DNA of 64,000 nt, taken from NCBI GenBank assembly GCA_013389075.1, contig JACAEB010000217.1, positions 1,981 to 65,980 on the forward strand, given 5' to 3'. Below, piece after piece: positions 26,284 to 39,041 of the stretch (position 1 is the stretch's first letter; the number at the start of each line of letters is the position of its first letter). Under the pieces are notes generated by a model. It ran no database searches, had not been told where the DNA came from, and was given only the letters and a program-made list of their open reading frames with translations. Origin of the DNA: Alphaproteobacteria bacterium. Lineage in GTDB: Bacteria; Pseudomonadota; Alphaproteobacteria; JACAEB01. The position numbers were made by a program, and so were the translations under genes.

Positions 26284-26363
26284 GGCGGCCTCGCTGTTGC
26301 TTGCCCTGAGCATTCGACGGCGGCGGGGCCGGACTTGCAACGGGCAATCTGCCGCATTGGGGC

Positions 26364-27461
26364 TCAGCGCCGCTCGAGGGCCTCGGCGAGGGCGGAAAGG
26401 TCGAGCGTCCATGTGAGGTCCGAGGGGCCCCGCCAGGCGTCGAGCCCGCCCCCGGAGATGACGAGCGTGTCGCCCACCACACCCGCGCCGGTCGCGTAGA
26501 GTTCGCGCGGCAGCGTCTGCAGCTCGCGCCAGGTCCCGTCGGCGATCCTGTAGCTGAGGAAGACGTCGAGGCCCCGGTCGTCGAGGCCCGCGACCTCCTC
26601 CCAGATCTCGACGAACAGTCCGGGCTCGTTGTTCCGGCCGCCAAGCGTCCAGATGCGGCCCCCATAGGCGAAGGTCGACCCTTCCATGTGGGAGCGGGGA
26701 GCCGGCAGGCGAGGGATCTCCTCCCAGCTGTCCGACTGCGGATCGTATCGATGGGCGAGATCGAGGTCGTCGCGATTGAGCGTCACACCGTCGAGCCCGT
26801 CATGATGATGGATGCCCCCGAGCACATAGATCTTTCCGTTGGCGACGGCGGCGGCGAAATGGGCGCGTGGCTCGGGCATCGGCGCGGCGGGAACCCAGGC
26901 CGCCGGAGCGCGCGGATCGAGCGTCCAGTGCTCCGGGTACGACACATGGCGTTCGAGCCCGGCCCCGCCGAAGAAATGCAGCCGGCCGTTCACGTGGACG
27001 AGGGCGCCGGAGGCCCGCGGCGCGGGAAGCGGGACCTGCTCCTCCCAGCGCTCGGTCACGGTATCGTAGCGGAAGACGGCATCGGTGGCCGTGCCCGGAT
27101 GGCTGCCCCGGAAGCCCCCGGCGATCCAGATATAGCGGTCCTCGACCACGGCCGGCATCACGTGATTGGTCCCCACCGGCATGTCCGGGTGGGTCCGCCA
27201 TTCGTCCGCCTTCGGGTCGTAGGAATAGATCTCGAGGGTTTCCCGCAGGCGCGGGTCGGCAAAGCCGCCGAGGAAGTAGATCCGCTCCCCCACCACGGCC
27301 GGCGCGCTGGCAATGCGGGCCATGGGCTGCGGCGCGGCCGGGACGAAGGCGGTCTCGGGCGGGGCCTCGCCACAGGCGGCGAGCAGAAGCGCAAGCCCGG
27401 CCGCCGCCCACAGATTCGCAGGGCGCCGCGACGCGCCCGCTCCCCCCGCCCCTGATCTCAT
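26364..27461 (-). CDS. Kelch-repeat beta-propeller lipoprotein (galactose-oxidase/NanM-like fold)
   Basis: Lipobox LLLAAC. Multiple Kelch repeats (IYFLGGF…, IWIAGGF…, LHFFGGA…, IYVLGGI…, IWTLGGR…). Start overlaps the GT4 stop (ATGA). Confidence 0.75.
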   Translation of the reverse strand: MRSGAGGAGASRRPANLWAAAGLALLLAACGEAPPETAFVPAAPQPMARIASAPAVVGERIYFLGGFADPRLRETLEIYSYDPKADEWRTHPDMPVGTNHVMPAVVEDRYIWIAGGFRGSHPGTATDAVFRYDTVTERWEEQVPLPAPRASGALVHVNGRLHFFGGAGLERHVSYPEHWTLDPRAPAAWVPAAPMPEPRAHFAAAVANGKIYVLGGIHHHDGLDGVTLNRDDLDLAHRYDPQSDSWEEIPRLPAPRSHMEGSTFAYGGRIWTLGGRNNEPGLFVEIWEEVAGLDDRGLDVFLSYRIADGTWRELQTLPRELYATGAGVVGDTLVISGGGLDAWRGPSDLTWTLDLSALAEALERR

Positions 27462-28660
27462 TTCCGCCGCCTCGTCTTCTCGCCGCCGCGCGACAGGACC
27501 TCGTTCAGCCCCTCGATCACGGAGGCGACCCAATGATCCCAGGTCAGGCACTGATCGAACCGTTCCCGCGCGCCGCTGACGAGCCTGCCATAGCGGGCCT
27601 CGTCCTGCATCAGGGAGCGGATGGCGGTCGCGAAGGCGGCTCCGTCGGCGTCGAGGGGCAGGACGAGCCCCGTCCGGCCGTCGATGACGGCGCTCGACAC
27701 GCCGCCCGTATCGGCGGCGATGGCCGGCAGGGCGTTGGCCGCCGCCTCGCAATAGACGGCGCCGAAGGTCTCCCCGCGCGAGGGCAGCAGGAACAGGCTC
27801 GCCTCCGCCCACAGACGATCGTAGAGAGCCCGGTGGTCGGGTCGTGACTTGTTCAGGAAGCCATGGCAGGTGAACCACGGCGCCTCGATGGGCTCGGCCG
27901 GGCCCGCGCCGATCACGTCGAGACGGCAGTCGATACCCTCCGCCACCAGGCGCTCGGCCGCCGCCGCGGCGATGGGACCGCCCTTCCTGTCCCAGTCCCC
28001 GCCCACGAAAAGGAGGCGGACGTGGCCCTCGCGCCAGGCAGCCTGCCGTGCCGCCACGCAGTCGGTGGAGGGCGGTTCGAACAGATTGGCGCCGTAGGGG
28101 ATCACGCGCACGCGGTTGGGATCGGCCCCGTACAGGGAAACGGCAAGGTCGCGCGCCCAGTCTGACGGATAGACCGTCAGCGTGGCGGTGCGGATCGCGC
28201 GCCGGCAGATGTCGTGGCCGGCCCGCTCCGCGAACGGAAGGAGATCCGTGAAATCCGGATAGTAGTCGACCATCCCGGCGAAGGTGGTGTCCGAGGTGTG
28301 GATCACCGGAACGTCCGTCCTCAGATAGCGCAGGCACTGATCCGAGGTGATCGACAGGACGGCGTCCACCTTGTGCCGGGCGATCCCGGCGCGGATGGAT
28401 TGCGCGGCAAGGGCATTGCGGAGAGCGAAATACTTGGGGAGGAAGCGCCGGCCGGACCGTTCATGGACCCAGTCGTTCAGCTTGCGCAGCCCGCCCGTCA
28501 CCGAACGGTTCTCGGCCGGCAGCCACACCGCGCGATAGCCGGCGGCCTCGAGCGCCCTGACGATGAAGAAGGGCACCCCGGACCAGGTGCGCACCTCGCG
28601 CGGATCGCCGGGCGCTACGATGCCGATCGTGGCTCCCGCCGCAATGGCCCGAAATCGCAT
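27458..28660 (-). CDS. Glycosyltransferase family 4
   Basis: 400 aa, GT4 E-x7-E region (ETFGAVYCEAAANALPAIAADTGG). RBS GGAAGG. Confidence 0.8.
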   Translation of the reverse strand: MRFRAIAAGATIGIVAPGDPREVRTWSGVPFFIVRALEAAGYRAVWLPAENRSVTGGLRKLNDWVHERSGRRFLPKYFALRNALAAQSIRAGIARHKVDAVLSITSDQCLRYLRTDVPVIHTSDTTFAGMVDYYPDFTDLLPFAERAGHDICRRAIRTATLTVYPSDWARDLAVSLYGADPNRVRVIPYGANLFEPPSTDCVAARQAAWREGHVRLLFVGGDWDRKGGPIAAAAAERLVAEGIDCRLDVIGAGPAEPIEAPWFTCHGFLNKSRPDHRALYDRLWAEASLFLLPSRGETFGAVYCEAAANALPAIAADTGGVSSAVIDGRTGLVLPLDADGAAFATAIRSLMQDEARYGRLVSGARERFDQCLTWDHWVASVIEGLNEVLSRGGEKTRRRK

Positions 28661-28865
28661 GGCGCCTTCCCTTGCCGGCTCGGCCAGGAGGCCGACCGTC
28701 CCAACCATTGGACCTTGCTGTAGTCTTGCTGACGATTCTCTTCCGAACATGGTGGCTTACACTCGTTCGGTCCATGCCGACCCGGATGGATCGACGCGGC
28801 CCCATTCGCATTCCGGATACGCGCCTTCTGCTTTGCACATTTTCCCACATCAAAGAGTTAAGGCA

Positions 28866-28888
28866 CTGCAAATGAAAATCGATTGCAG
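28866..28888. promoter_or_regulatory. Palindrome CTGCAAAT-N8-ATTGCAG in the AT-rich 349-bp intergenic region between the GT4/Kelch operon and purD
   Basis: Inverted repeat in a divergent promoter region; candidate regulator binding site. Confidence 0.3.
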
Positions 28889-29009
28889 AAGTCGCGTCGT
28901 CTTGTCACTCCGTGCCTGACCCCTTAAACCCTTGGCAATTGCTGAAGCTCCCGCCTGCCGAGCCGGCGGGCGCGGTCCCCTCCTCACAGCGCAATCCCTG
29001 GCGATTGGC

Positions 29010-30329
29010 ATGACCCCCACGGCCGACCGGAACCTCACCCTTCTCATCGTCGGTAGCGGCGGGCGAGAGCACGCGCTGGCCTGGCGCCTCGCTCAGAGCC
29101 CGAGCGTGAGACGGGTCGTCGCGGCGCCGGGGAATCCCGGCATCGCCCGCGATGCCGAGTGCGTCGATGTCGATCCGATGGACTTTCCCGCCCTGACGCG
29201 GCTCGCGCAGGAGATCGCCGCGGATCTCGTGATCGTGGGTCCGGAAGCCCCGCTCGCCGCCGGTCTCGTCGATCATCTTGCCGCCGCCGGCATCCTCGCC
29301 TTCGGCCCGACCGCGGCGGCGGCCCGGCTCGAGAGCTCGAAGGCCTTCACCAAGGCGCTCTGCCGCCAGGCCGGCATTCCGACCGCGGACTATGCCGACT
29401 TCACCGATGCCGGCGAGGCCCTCGCCTATCTCGCGGCTCGCGAGGCTCCATTCGTTCTGAAAGCTGACGGACTCGCCGCCGGCAAGGGCGTGGTCATCGC
29501 CGCCACCCGCGCCGAAGCCGAGGACGCCGTTCGCGGCATGCTCGGCGGCCGCTTCGGGGAGGCGGGCCGTCGTCTCGTGATCGAGGACTTTCTCGAAGGC
29601 GAGGAGGCGAGCCTGTTTGCCCTCACCGACGGCGAGCGGCTGTGCCTTCTGCCGAGCGCCCAGGATCACAAGCGCGCCTTCGACGGGGACGAGGGTCCCA
29701 ACACCGGAGGGATGGGAGCCTATTCGCCCGCGCCCGTCATGACACCGGCTCTGATCGAGACCGTCCGCACACGCATCTTCGAGCCGACCTTGCGCGCCAT
29801 GGCGGCCCAGGGGACGCCCTATCGGGGGGTTCTCTATGCGGGGCTCATGCTCACGGCGAAGGGGCCCTGCCTCATCGAGTACAATGTCCGCTTCGGCGAC
29901 CCGGAAGCGCAGGTGCTCTTGATGCGCCTTCAGGGCGATCCCGTGCCGGCCTTCCTTGCGGCGGCGCGAGGCATGCTCGCAGGCGAGACCCTCGCCTTCG
30001 ACGAGCGGCCGGCGCTGACCGTCGTCATGGCCGCCAAGGGCTATCCCGGCCCCTACGAGTCGGGGACGCCGATCACCGGGGTCGACGCCCTCCAGTCCCG
30101 GCCCGATCTGAAGATCTTCCATGCGGGCACCGCCATGCGCGAGGGGCGGCTCGTGGCGCGCGGGGGGCGCGTTCTCAACGTGACGGCGCTTGGACGCACT
30201 GTCGCCGAGGCGCAGGCCCGCGCCTATGATGCCGTGGACCGGATCGACTGGCCGGAGGGGTTCTGCCGCCGCGACATCGGCTGGCGCGCCGTGGCCCTCG
30301 AGGCCGAGACAAACCTGAAAGGGAGTTGA
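29010..30329 (+). CDS. purD: Phosphoribosylamine--glycine ligase
   Basis: LLIVGSGGREHALAWRL…, ATP-grasp domain, full length. Confidence 0.92.
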   Translation: MTPTADRNLTLLIVGSGGREHALAWRLAQSPSVRRVVAAPGNPGIARDAECVDVDPMDFPALTRLAQEIAADLVIVGPEAPLAAGLVDHLAAAGILAFGPTAAAARLESSKAFTKALCRQAGIPTADYADFTDAGEALAYLAAREAPFVLKADGLAAGKGVVIAATRAEAEDAVRGMLGGRFGEAGRRLVIEDFLEGEEASLFALTDGERLCLLPSAQDHKRAFDGDEGPNTGGMGAYSPAPVMTPALIETVRTRIFEPTLRAMAAQGTPYRGVLYAGLMLTAKGPCLIEYNVRFGDPEAQVLLMRLQGDPVPAFLAAARGMLAGETLAFDERPALTVVMAAKGYPGPYESGTPITGVDALQSRPDLKIFHAGTAMREGRLVARGGRVLNVTALGRTVAEAQARAYDAVDRIDWPEGFCRRDIGWRAVALEAETNLKGS

Positions 30330-30331
30330 CG

Positions 30332-31423
30332 ATGACCACGACCGACAACGCGAACCGCCAGGAGATGTTCAGCGGCACCAAGGACGTGGCCGACGCCTTG
30401 CGCTTCGACGAGAGCCGCCTTGCGGCCTATCTCGCCGACACGGTCGAGGGCTTCAAGGGTCCGCTCACCGTGCGCCAGTTCAAGGGCGGGCAGTCGAACC
30501 CCACCTACCAGCTCGTGACACCCTCGAAGAAGTACGTGCTGCGCCGCAAGCCGCCCGGCAAGCTCCTGCCCTCGGCCCATGCCGTGGACCGTGAGCACCG
30601 GGTCATCAGCGCGCTGCACAAGGTGGGCTATCCCGTGCCCCGCCCCTACGTCCTCTGCGAGGATGAAGGCATCACCGGCACGATGTTCTACGTCATGGAC
30701 ATGGTGGAGGGCCGTGTGCTCTGGGAGCCCACCCTGCCGGGCATGAGCCCGAAGGAGCGCGCCGGCATCTACGACGCCATGAACGACACCATCTCCCGGC
30801 TCCACACGATCGACTATGCCGCCATCGGGCTCGGCGATTTCGGAAAGCCCGGCAACTACTTCGCCCGGCAGATCGGCCGCTGGAGCAAGCAGTACAAGCT
30901 CGCCGAAACCGAAGTCATTCCGGAGATGGACAAGCTCATCGCGTGGCTTCCGGAAAACATTCCCCATGACGAGACGTCGAGCATCGTCCATGGCGATTTC
31001 CGGATCGACAACATGATCTTCCACCCGACCGAGCCGCGCGTCATCGCGGTCCTCGACTGGGAGCTGTCGACGATCGGCCATCCGCTCGCCGACTTCACCT
31101 ATCATCTCATGCAGTGGTACAGCCCCGCCCCCGATGGCAGCGGCAAGGCCTTCCGCGAACTCGATCTCGGCGCGCTCGGCATTCCGACGGCCGAAGCCTA
31201 TGTCGACGCCTATTGCCGCCGTACGGGCCGAATCGGGCTGCCGCAGCTCGACTTCTACTTCGCCTACAATCTCTTCCGGTCCGCGGGCATCCTTCAGGGG
31301 ATCGTCAAGCGCGTCCTCGACGGCACCGCCGCCAGCGCGAACGCCTATGATTCGGCCGACCATACCCGGCAGATCGCCGTGCGGGCCTGGGCGTTCGCCA
31401 AGGCTGCGGGCGCGCGTGACTGA
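30332..31423 (+). CDS. Phosphotransferase (APH/choline-kinase-like) family protein, ACAD10/11 N-terminal-domain type
   Basis: Brenner motif HGDFRIDNMIF and DWE motif. RBS AAAGGGAG 8 nt upstream of ATG 30332. Confidence 0.8.
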   Translation: MTTTDNANRQEMFSGTKDVADALRFDESRLAAYLADTVEGFKGPLTVRQFKGGQSNPTYQLVTPSKKYVLRRKPPGKLLPSAHAVDREHRVISALHKVGYPVPRPYVLCEDEGITGTMFYVMDMVEGRVLWEPTLPGMSPKERAGIYDAMNDTISRLHTIDYAAIGLGDFGKPGNYFARQIGRWSKQYKLAETEVIPEMDKLIAWLPENIPHDETSSIVHGDFRIDNMIFHPTEPRVIAVLDWELSTIGHPLADFTYHLMQWYSPAPDGSGKAFRELDLGALGIPTAEAYVDAYCRRTGRIGLPQLDFYFAYNLFRSAGILQGIVKRVLDGTAASANAYDSADHTRQIAVRAWAFAKAAGARD

Positions 31424-31589
31424 GGCGAGCGGCCCGGCGGATGGATCTCCGCCCGTCAAGCCCCGATTAACGGAACACTCGCATACTCATGCGCGGACAG
31501 GCCTGCCCCTCCGGACAGGCCGGCGCGGCATGGGGTGAAGACGGCACGGCCGCCGATCGCACCCGGGTTCGGGAACCAGGCGGCAGCTC

Positions 31590-33515
<1,926 letters not shown>

Positions 33516-33533
33516 GATCATCCGCGTCGAGGA

Positions 33534-34763
<1,230 letters not shown>

Positions 34764-34860
34764 GGTTCACTCCCGCTCCTTTGCTTTCGATGCCGCGATC
34801 TTACGCCCGCCCGCAGCCTCGGAAACGGGCCGAATTGGCGCACCCGCCCAAAGCGGGGGG

Positions 34861-35331
34861 CTAGCGCCGCGCGGCGAAGAACGCCTTGAGGAGCGCGCCG
34901 GCCGCCGCCGCCTCGGCCGCGCCGCCCCGGGCCACCTCCGGCCGGTGGTGGCAGGTCGGCTGGTCGAAGACGCGCGCACCATGGGCGACACCGCCACCCT
35001 TGGGATCCGTCGCCCCATAGACGAGCCGGGCCACGCGCGCGAGGGAGATCGCCCCCGCGCACATGGCGCAGGGCTCGAGGGTCACGAAGAGGCGCGTGCC
35101 GATCAGCCGTTCATTGCCGAGCCGCGCGGCACCCGCGCGCAGCACCAGCATTTCGGCATGGGCCGTGGGATCGCGCAGCTCCCGGATCCGGTTGCCGTCC
35201 GCCGCGAGGAGGCCGCCCCCGGCATCGAGCAGCGCGGCGCCGACCGGCACCTCGCCGCGCCGGGCCGCGGCTTCGGCCTCGGCCAGGGCACGGGCGAGCG
35301 CATCCTCCTCGGTCAGCGGCGGCTCCGTCAT
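34861..35331 (-). CDS. tadA: tRNA-specific adenosine deaminase
   Basis: CDA zinc motifs HAEMLVL and PCAMCAGA. Confidence 0.88.
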   Translation of the reverse strand: MTEPPLTEEDALARALAEAEAAARRGEVPVGAALLDAGGGLLAADGNRIRELRDPTAHAEMLVLRAGAARLGNERLIGTRLFVTLEPCAMCAGAISLARVARLVYGATDPKGGGVAHGARVFDQPTCHHRPEVARGGAAEAAAAGALLKAFFAARR

Positions 35332-35424
35332 CTCCTCGGCCTGCTCCTGGCTATCGCGGGCGCGGCGAGAATGTCATAAGAGCAGCCATCCGCGAACAGG
35401 CCCAACCCCGAACCCGCGACCGCC

Positions 35425-36204
35425 ATGGCTCCGCCCCCTGCCCCGCCTCCCGCCGCCGAACGAATCGCCAAGGTGCTCGCCCGGCGCGGCGTCGCCTCGA
35501 GCCGCGCAGCCGAGGAGCTGATCGCGGCGGGCCGGGTCGAGGTGGAGGGCGAGACGGTCACCTCCCCCGCCACCAGGATCGCCCCGGATGCCGCCATCCG
35601 CGTCGACGGAGCGCCGGTCGCGGCCGCGGAGGCGGCGCGGCTCTGGCGCTATCACAAGCCCGCGGGCCTCGTGACAACGCACAAGGACCCGCAGGGTCGG
35701 CCGACCGTGTTCGAGCGCCTGCCGCCGGAGCTGCCCCGGGTGATCTCGATCGGCCGGCTCGACCTGACCTCGGAGGGGCTCCTCCTTCTCACCAATGATG
35801 GCGCCCTCGCCCGCACGCTCGAGCTGCCGGCCACCGGCTGGACGCGCCGCTACCGGGTGCGACTCTATGGCCGGCTGACGCCCGCGGACATTGCGCGCCT
35901 CGCCGAGGGCATCACCGTCGAGGAGGTGCGCTACGGGCCGGTCGAGGTGACGGTCGAGCGTGAGACCCCCTCCCATGTCTGGGCGCAGGTCGGCCTGAAG
36001 GAAGGCAAGAACCGGGAGATCCGCCGGCTGATGGAGCATCTGGGCCTGCGCGTGGGACGCCTCATCCGCATCGCCTACGGACCGTTCCAGCTCGGCAATC
36101 TCGCCCCCGGCGCGATCGAGGAGGTGAACCCCAAGGTGCTGCGCGACCAGCTCGGGCGGCGCCTCGGGGCCCCCGCACCCGCGCCCGCGGGCGGGCGGCG
36201 CTGA
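35425..36204 (+). CDS. Pseudouridine synthase, RsuA/RluB family
   Basis: S4 domain followed by the catalytic GRLDLTSEGLLLLTNDG motif. Confidence 0.85.
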   Translation: MAPPPAPPPAAERIAKVLARRGVASSRAAEELIAAGRVEVEGETVTSPATRIAPDAAIRVDGAPVAAAEAARLWRYHKPAGLVTTHKDPQGRPTVFERLPPELPRVISIGRLDLTSEGLLLLTNDGALARTLELPATGWTRRYRVRLYGRLTPADIARLAEGITVEEVRYGPVEVTVERETPSHVWAQVGLKEGKNREIRRLMEHLGLRVGRLIRIAYGPFQLGNLAPGAIEEVNPKVLRDQLGRRLGAPAPAPAGGRR

Positions 36205-36207
36205 ACG

Positions 36208-36789
36208 GTGCGGATCGTCGCCGGACGCCATGGCGGTCGCACCCTCGTGGTGCCGAAGGGCATGGCGACCCGGCCCACCAGCGAACGCACGCGCGGCGCC
36301 ATCTTCAACATTCTCGACCATGCGCTCCTGCCCGAGCTCGGGCGGAGCCTTGCGGGCGCGCGCGTGCTGGACCTCTTTGCGGGCTCGGGCGCCCTCGGCC
36401 TCGAGGCGCTCTCGCGGGGCGCGGCGCAGGTGCTGTTCGTCGACGATGCCGCCGCCGCGCGCGCGGCCATACGCGAGAACATCGAGGCCCTCGGCGAAAC
36501 CGGCCGCACGCGGATCTTCCGCCGCGACGCGCGCCGGCTCGGGGCGCGGCCGGGCACGCTGGGGCCGCCCTTCGATCTCGTCTTCTGCGACGCGCCCTAC
36601 CATACGGGGGCCCACCTCGAGGCGCTGGACGGCGCGGCGCGGCAGGGCTGGCTCGCGCCCGGCGCGCTGATCGTCCTCGAGACGGCCGCCGACGAGACCG
36701 CGCCGCTGCCGGAGGAATTTTCCTTGCGGGAAGAGCGCGCCTACGGGGCCGCGCGCGTGCGCTTCCTCCACTATCGCCCCGCCGGCTGA
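36208..36789 (+). CDS. rsmD: 16S rRNA (guanine966-N2)-methyltransferase
   Basis: RTRGAIFNIL…VLDLFAGSGALGLEALSRGA…DPPY-like FCDAPY motif. GTG start. Confidence 0.88.
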   Translation: MRIVAGRHGGRTLVVPKGMATRPTSERTRGAIFNILDHALLPELGRSLAGARVLDLFAGSGALGLEALSRGAAQVLFVDDAAAARAAIRENIEALGETGRTRIFRRDARRLGARPGTLGPPFDLVFCDAPYHTGAHLEALDGAARQGWLAPGALIVLETAADETAPLPEEFSLREERAYGAARVRFLHYRPAG

Positions 36790-36867
36790 GGGGAGGCGCC
36801 CGCCTTTTGCGGGAGCGGAGTCGAACCGGTATGGTTAACGGCCTTGAAGGAACCAGGGGGCACCGGC

Positions 36868-38025
36868 ATGGCACGCGGGACGATGCGCAGGACGGCGGAC
36901 GGGCAGCGGACGGGCACGGGCGGGCGAGCCCGCTCCGGGCGCCGGGCCGCCATCGGCCTTGCGGCGGCGCTGTGTCTTGGGACGGTGGACGCGGGCGCAC
37001 CGGCCGCCGCCCAGTCGCTCCATGTGCAGCGCGTCGACATCATCGACCCGAACGGCTTCGAGAAGCCGCTCGTCGCCTCGACCATCCTGGTCCCGATGGG
37101 GTGGCGGTCGGCGGGCGGGGTCGTCTGGAACCCCAACACGCCCTGTGGCGGCGCGGGCTACAATTTCGACTGGCAGGCGGGCGCGCCCGACGGCAGCTCC
37201 GGTGTCCAGATCCTGCCGATGCGGCAGTGGATGTGGGACTCGGCCGGCTACAGCGCCATGTCGAGCTGCCCCTCGGCGCGGATCAGACGGGTTGCGGACT
37301 TCCTCGCCGCCCTCGTCCAGGAGATCCGCCCCGGCGCGCGCATTCTCGATTTCCGTCCGCGTCCGGACATTTCGAAGGATTACGAGCAGCTGAACCAGAC
37401 GACGCCCATGCCCATGGGCGAGATCCGCAGCTGGGTCGAGGCCGGCGAGGTGCTGATCGCCTATGGCCAGAACGGCGTCGACATGCGCGAATCGGTTTCG
37501 GCGCTGGTGCTGTTCTCGCTCAACCGCATGCAGGGCATGGCCGGCATGCCGGGCATGGATTTCTATTCCGGCGTGAGCTTTCCCGCCTTCGCCTCCCGAG
37601 CGCCGAACGGACAGCTCGACTTCCGGATGACGGAGATGATCCGCAAGTCGATCACGCCCGCCCCCGAATGGAGCGCCCGCATCGCCGAACACCACCGCAA
37701 GATCGCCGGCATCAACGCCAAGGGCGCGCAGGACCGGTCACGGATCATCGCGCAGACCGGCGAGGACATCCGCCAGATGCAGGCAGAGTCCTGGCGGCGC
37801 CAGCAGGACTCGAGCGACCGCATCGCCCGCGAGACCTCCGAGGCCATTCGCGGCGTCGAGACCTATGCCGACCCCAATTCGGCGACCGGCACGGTCGAGC
37901 TCGACAATACCTACAATCAGGCCTGGCGGCTCAATGACGGCACCTATGTCCTCACCGACGACGCCAGTTTCAATCCGAACGCGACCTTCGGCATGGACGG
38001 AACCCAGCTCGGCGTCGCCCAATAG
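36868..38025 (+). CDS. Hypothetical secreted protein (386 aa)
   Basis: Signal peptide …AAIGLAAALCLGTVDAGAPAAAQS. No family recognised. Ends at TAG followed by RBS and start of the next gene. Confidence 0.55.
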   Translation: MARGTMRRTADGQRTGTGGRARSGRRAAIGLAAALCLGTVDAGAPAAAQSLHVQRVDIIDPNGFEKPLVASTILVPMGWRSAGGVVWNPNTPCGGAGYNFDWQAGAPDGSSGVQILPMRQWMWDSAGYSAMSSCPSARIRRVADFLAALVQEIRPGARILDFRPRPDISKDYEQLNQTTPMPMGEIRSWVEAGEVLIAYGQNGVDMRESVSALVLFSLNRMQGMAGMPGMDFYSGVSFPAFASRAPNGQLDFRMTEMIRKSITPAPEWSARIAEHHRKIAGINAKGAQDRSRIIAQTGEDIRQMQAESWRRQQDSSDRIARETSEAIRGVETYADPNSATGTVELDNTYNQAWRLNDGTYVLTDDASFNPNATFGMDGTQLGVAQ

Positions 38026-38039
38026 GACAGGAGATCCGC

Positions 38040-39017
38040 ATGCGTCCCACCTTCCTTCCGCTCGCGATGGCTGCGGCGGCCCTGGCCTTCGGTACAGCCT
38101 CGGCGCAGGACAGTTTCGGCGGCGCCCAGGGGCAAGGTCCCGCCTACGGGCAGCAGCAGATGCCCCCAGAGCAGGGCTATCCGCAACAGGGCTACCCGCA
38201 GCAAGGCTATCCCCAGCAAGGCGGCTATCCGCAGCAAGGGGGCTACCCGCAGCAGGGCGGCACGCCGCAGGGCCAGATGCCCCCGCAAGGCTTTCCCCAG
38301 CAGGGTGGCTACCCCCAGCAAGGCGGCTACCCGCAGCAGGGCGGCTTTCCGCAAGGCCAGATGCCGCCCCAGAGCCAGATGCCCCCGCAAGGCCAGATGC
38401 CGTCCCAACAGGGAGGCTATCCGCAGCAGGGCGGCGTGTCCGGCGGCCAGCCTGGCGCGCCGCAACAGCTCGGCATGCCGAACGGCCCCGCGCCTGGCGC
38501 ACCGTCAGGATTTGGGGGCCAGCCGGGCGGCGATCTCGATCAGCTCTCGCAGATGGAGCGCCAGGATTTCGGCGTGGCCCCGCAGGCCACGCTGCATGAC
38601 GGGGCGATGCACGGGCCGACGCCCGCCAGCATCCCGGGCGGGCAGGTCATCACCACCAAGGGGCTCTTGTCGCTGATGCAGGGGCAGCAGGCTCCGTACC
38701 TCCTTTTCGACGTGCTCGGAGGACCGGAAATCATTCCGGGGGCGCTGTCGGCCGTGCCGGCGCACCAGCCCGGCAGCTTCACCGACCGGACACAGCAGGA
38801 ATTCGGCGCCTATCTGCAGCAGGCGACGCAGGGCAACAAGGAGATGCCGCTCGTCTTCTACTGCCAGTCCAACCAGTGCTGGATGTCCTACAACGCCGCC
38901 CTGCGCGCGATCCAGCTCGGCTACACCAATGTGCTCTGGTATCGCGGCGGCGTCGAGGCCTGGGCCGCCGCCGGGCAGCGGCTCCAGCCCCTGCAGCAGG
39001 GATATGGCGGACCCTGA
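38040..39017 (+). CDS. Secreted protein: Q/G/Y/P tandem-repeat region plus C-terminal rhodanese-like domain (CX4CW loop)
   Basis: Signal peptide. About 20 copies of QGYPQQGG-like units. C-terminal rhodanese fold with YCQSNQCWMS active-site loop. RBS GGAGA. Confidence 0.7.
   Translation: MRPTFLPLAMAAAALAFGTASAQDSFGGAQGQGPAYGQQQMPPEQGYPQQGYPQQGYPQQGGYPQQGGYPQQGGTPQGQMPPQGFPQQGGYPQQGGYPQQGGFPQGQMPPQSQMPPQGQMPSQQGGYPQQGGVSGGQPGAPQQLGMPNGPAPGAPSGFGGQPGGDLDQLSQMERQDFGVAPQATLHDGAMHGPTPASIPGGQVITTKGLLSLMQGQQAPYLLFDVLGGPEIIPGALSAVPAHQPGSFTDRTQQEFGAYLQQATQGNKEMPLVFYCQSNQCWMSYNAALRAIQLGYTNVLWYRGGVEAWAAAGQRLQPLQQGYGGP
38170..38440 (+). repeat. In-frame tandem DNA repeats (units of ~24-27 nt) encoding QGYPQQGG
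   Basis: Repeated cagggctatccgca(a/g)ca(a/g)ggc units. Potential length-variable region. Confidence 0.7.
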
Positions 39018-39041
39018 CGATCCCCGCCGGCCGGGCGCCGC

